Source of the DNA: an uncultured Planctomycetia bacterium
GTDB taxonomy: Bacteria; Omnitrophota; Gorgyraeia; Duberdicusellales; 4484-171
Length of the DNA: 64,000 nucleotides
Assembly (NCBI GenBank): GCA_964635565.1
Contig: CAZWON010000001.1
Location: forward strand, 135,020-199,019
Reading direction: 5' to 3'
Shown in pieces: positions 62,155 through 64,000 of the stretch (position 1 is the first letter of the stretch; the number at the start of each line of letters is the position of its first letter). The notes under the pieces were generated by a model that was not told the DNA's origin, ran no database searches, and was given only the letters and a program-made list of their open reading frames with translations. Both the position numbers and the translations under genes were made by a program.

Positions 62155-62927
62155 TTAAAATTTTTAAAGAACTTAAGAAAAGACGCAAGAAAGCATTTAT
62201 TGTTTATATTACATTTGGTTTTCCTACAATCACTCTTACAGAAAAGATAATTTTTTCTTTGCAAGACACAGCAGTGGATATTATTGAAATCGGTATTCCT
62301 TTCTCCGATCCTTTAGCGGATGGTCCTATACTTCAAGAGGCAGCGCAAATAGCCCTTTCTCGAGGAACTAATACTGATATTTTCTTTGCTAAAATAAAGT
62401 CAATTAAGGATAAAATTAAAACTCCTTTGGTTGTTATGACTTATTATAATCCTGTGTATTGCTATGGTGTGGATAGATTTTTAAAGAAAGTGTATGAAAG
62501 TGGTATAAAAGGGATAATGATAGTTGATTTACCCATTGAAGAGGCTCATAGTTTTGTGGAAAAAAGTCGTTTTTTTGACTTGGATACAGTATTTTTTATT
62601 ACTTCCCAGACTACAAAAGAGAGGATAAAAAAAATAGTTAGAGTCTCAAAGGGGTTTATTTATTATATCTCTATTACTGGTATAACGGGTCCTCATCATT
62701 TGTCTTTTAACTTCATTAAAAAAGATGTTCATTGTATAAAAAGAATAAAAAATATTCCTGTATGTGTGGGTTTTGGTATTCATAAGAGAGCACAGGTTAA
62801 AAAAATATCTGAGATAAGCGATGGTTTTATTATAGGCAGTGCTTTTGCTAAGTTCATAAAAGACAATTATACTAAGAAAGACTTTTCTAAAAGAATAAAA
62901 GATTTTATAAATAGGATATATGTTTGA
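62142..62927 (+). CDS. trpA: Tryptophan synthase alpha chain
   Basis: [28 protein letters not shown]. Confidence 0.97.
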   Translation: MGEIVKIFKELKKRRKKAFIVYITFGFPTITLTEKIIFSLQDTAVDIIEIGIPFSDPLADGPILQEAAQIALSRGTNTDIFFAKIKSIKDKIKTPLVVMTYYNPVYCYGVDRFLKKVYESGIKGIMIVDLPIEEAHSFVEKSRFFDLDTVFFITSQTTKERIKKIVRVSKGFIYYISITGITGPHHLSFNFIKKDVHCIKRIKNIPVCVGFGIHKRAQVKKISEISDGFIIGSAFAKFIKDNYTKKDFSKRIKDFINRIYV

Positions 62928-64000
62928 GATAATAGAAAAAGAAGGAGTAAAATTCATTTTTTCAGCTATTAAAGGTATGGGTACTTCTGCGGTGGGTGTT
63001 TTTGTTAATGTAGGAGCACGTTATGAAAATAATTCTACAAAAGGTATAGCACATTTTCTTGAACATATAGTTTTTAAAGGTTCAAAAAAATATTCTTATA
63101 AGAAGATTAAAGAAGAAATTGAGGGAAGAGGAGGTATTCTTAATGGTTTCACTTCTCAAGAGGTTACAGGATATTATTCTTATTGCCTTTCATATAATAT
63201 TGAGAAAACATTGGATATTCTTTTAGATATGGTTTTGTTTCCTCTGTTAAACAAAAGTGATATAGAGAAAGAAAGAAATGTCATTTTGGAGGAGATAAAA
63301 ATGCACAATGATCTTCCTCATGCCAGAGCAAGCTCTTTATTGGACAGTTTGTTATGGCCTCAGCATCCTTTAGGTAAAGATGTAATAGGAGACATTGATA
63401 CAGTTAAGAATATTAAAAGAGCCGATTTGTATTTATTTAAAAAACGATTTTATTCCCCTTCTAATATTATTATCGTTTGTGTATCTGATTATAATAAGGA
63501 TAAAATATCTAAACTTATTTTGAATAAGACAAAAGGGTTTCTCCGAAAAAACCCTCATCTTTATAATAAGTGTCCTTCTTCTTTATCAAAAAGTAAAATT
63601 CTTATTGAAAAAAAGGAGATAGATCAATGCCATCTTTGTATAGGATTTAGAGCGCCTTCTGCACGTAGTAAAGCACGTTTTATCATAGAACTTATACATA
63701 TTATTTTAGGAGCAAATATGAGCAGTAGATTATTTGAAGAATTGAGGGAAAAGAGGGGGCTGTGTTATGATATTTCTACGGAAGTTAAAAGATTTAAGGA
63801 TAGCGGTGCTTTTTCTATTCATGTGGGATTAGATAGTCGCAATATCATAATTGCTTTGAAAAGGATTTTCAGGGAACTTAAGCTTTTAAAAGAAAAAGAG
63901 GTTTCTAAGAAGGAATTGGAGAGAGCAAAAGATTATTTTCTCGGTCAGATGTTTATGAATATAGAGCGTCCCCAAGGAAGAATGTTCTATCTCATAGATT
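62920..64000 (+). CDS. M16-family zinc peptidase, 3'-truncated (not in ORF track)
   Basis: Hand translation MFEIIEK...GIAHFLEHIVFKG (HxxEH), NGFT, SSRLFEELREKRGLCY. Confidence 0.9.
   Translation, partial: MFEIIEKEGVKFIFSAIKGMGTSAVGVFVNVGARYENNSTKGIAHFLEHIVFKGSKKYSYKKIKEEIEGRGGILNGFTSQEVTGYYSYCLSYNIEKTLDILLDMVLFPLLNKSDIEKERNVILEEIKMHNDLPHARASSLLDSLLWPQHPLGKDVIGDIDTVKNIKRADLYLFKKRFYSPSNIIIVCVSDYNKDKISKLILNKTKGFLRKNPHLYNKCPSSLSKSKILIEKKEIDQCHLCIGFRAPSARSKARFIIELIHIILGANMSSRLFEELREKRGLCYDISTEVKRFKDSGAFSIHVGLDSRNIIIALKRIFRELKLLKEKEVSKKELERAKDYFLGQMFMNIERPQGRMFYLID

Noticed and set aside
625-62957. Many short ORFs antisense to or nested within known genes (e.g. 625-843, 30747-30962, 56934-57320)
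   Set aside because: They overlap well-supported conserved genes, have no motifs, and look like shadow ORFs of biased codon usage.

Overview
AT-rich bacterial chromosomal segment in the standard genetic code (TGA used as stop). Nearly all genes are on the + strand. The lineage is probably an uncultured anaerobe such as Ca. Omnitrophota/PVC; this is an inference from gene order and protein style, not a database result. Bases 1-21.3 kb hold the 3' part of rpoC and a continuous str-S10-spc-alpha superoperon (rpmD absent; rpmJ missed by the ORF track). Next come a LeuC-like/pilT/LeuD-like/icd/mdh/lpd cluster, a hairpin-rich intergenic region, rodA with a radical SAM/DUF2344 pair, and a minus-strand speD-speE-speD-like polyamine operon. 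The rest is mostly housekeeping: nth, GH5, rpe, queH, dtd, lgt, mgtE, amidase, murI, queDCE, a two-subunit fumarase, a rubrerythrin-VIT1/DUF4870 membrane module, an SPL-like radical SAM gene, polA-glgA-coaE-rho-rpmE-prfA-prmC-murA, trpGDCFBA without trpE, and a truncated M16 peptidase. I saw no rRNA, tRNA, CRISPR array or transposase. The best leads are: a second, divergent SpeD paralogue that may be an Orn/Arg decarboxylase; a LeuCD-type pair that may act as the TCA aconitase, split by pilT; a MinD-like amphipathic tail on L17; a four-Cys insertion in EF-Tu; apparent leaderless promoters; and the structured DNA upstream of rodA.
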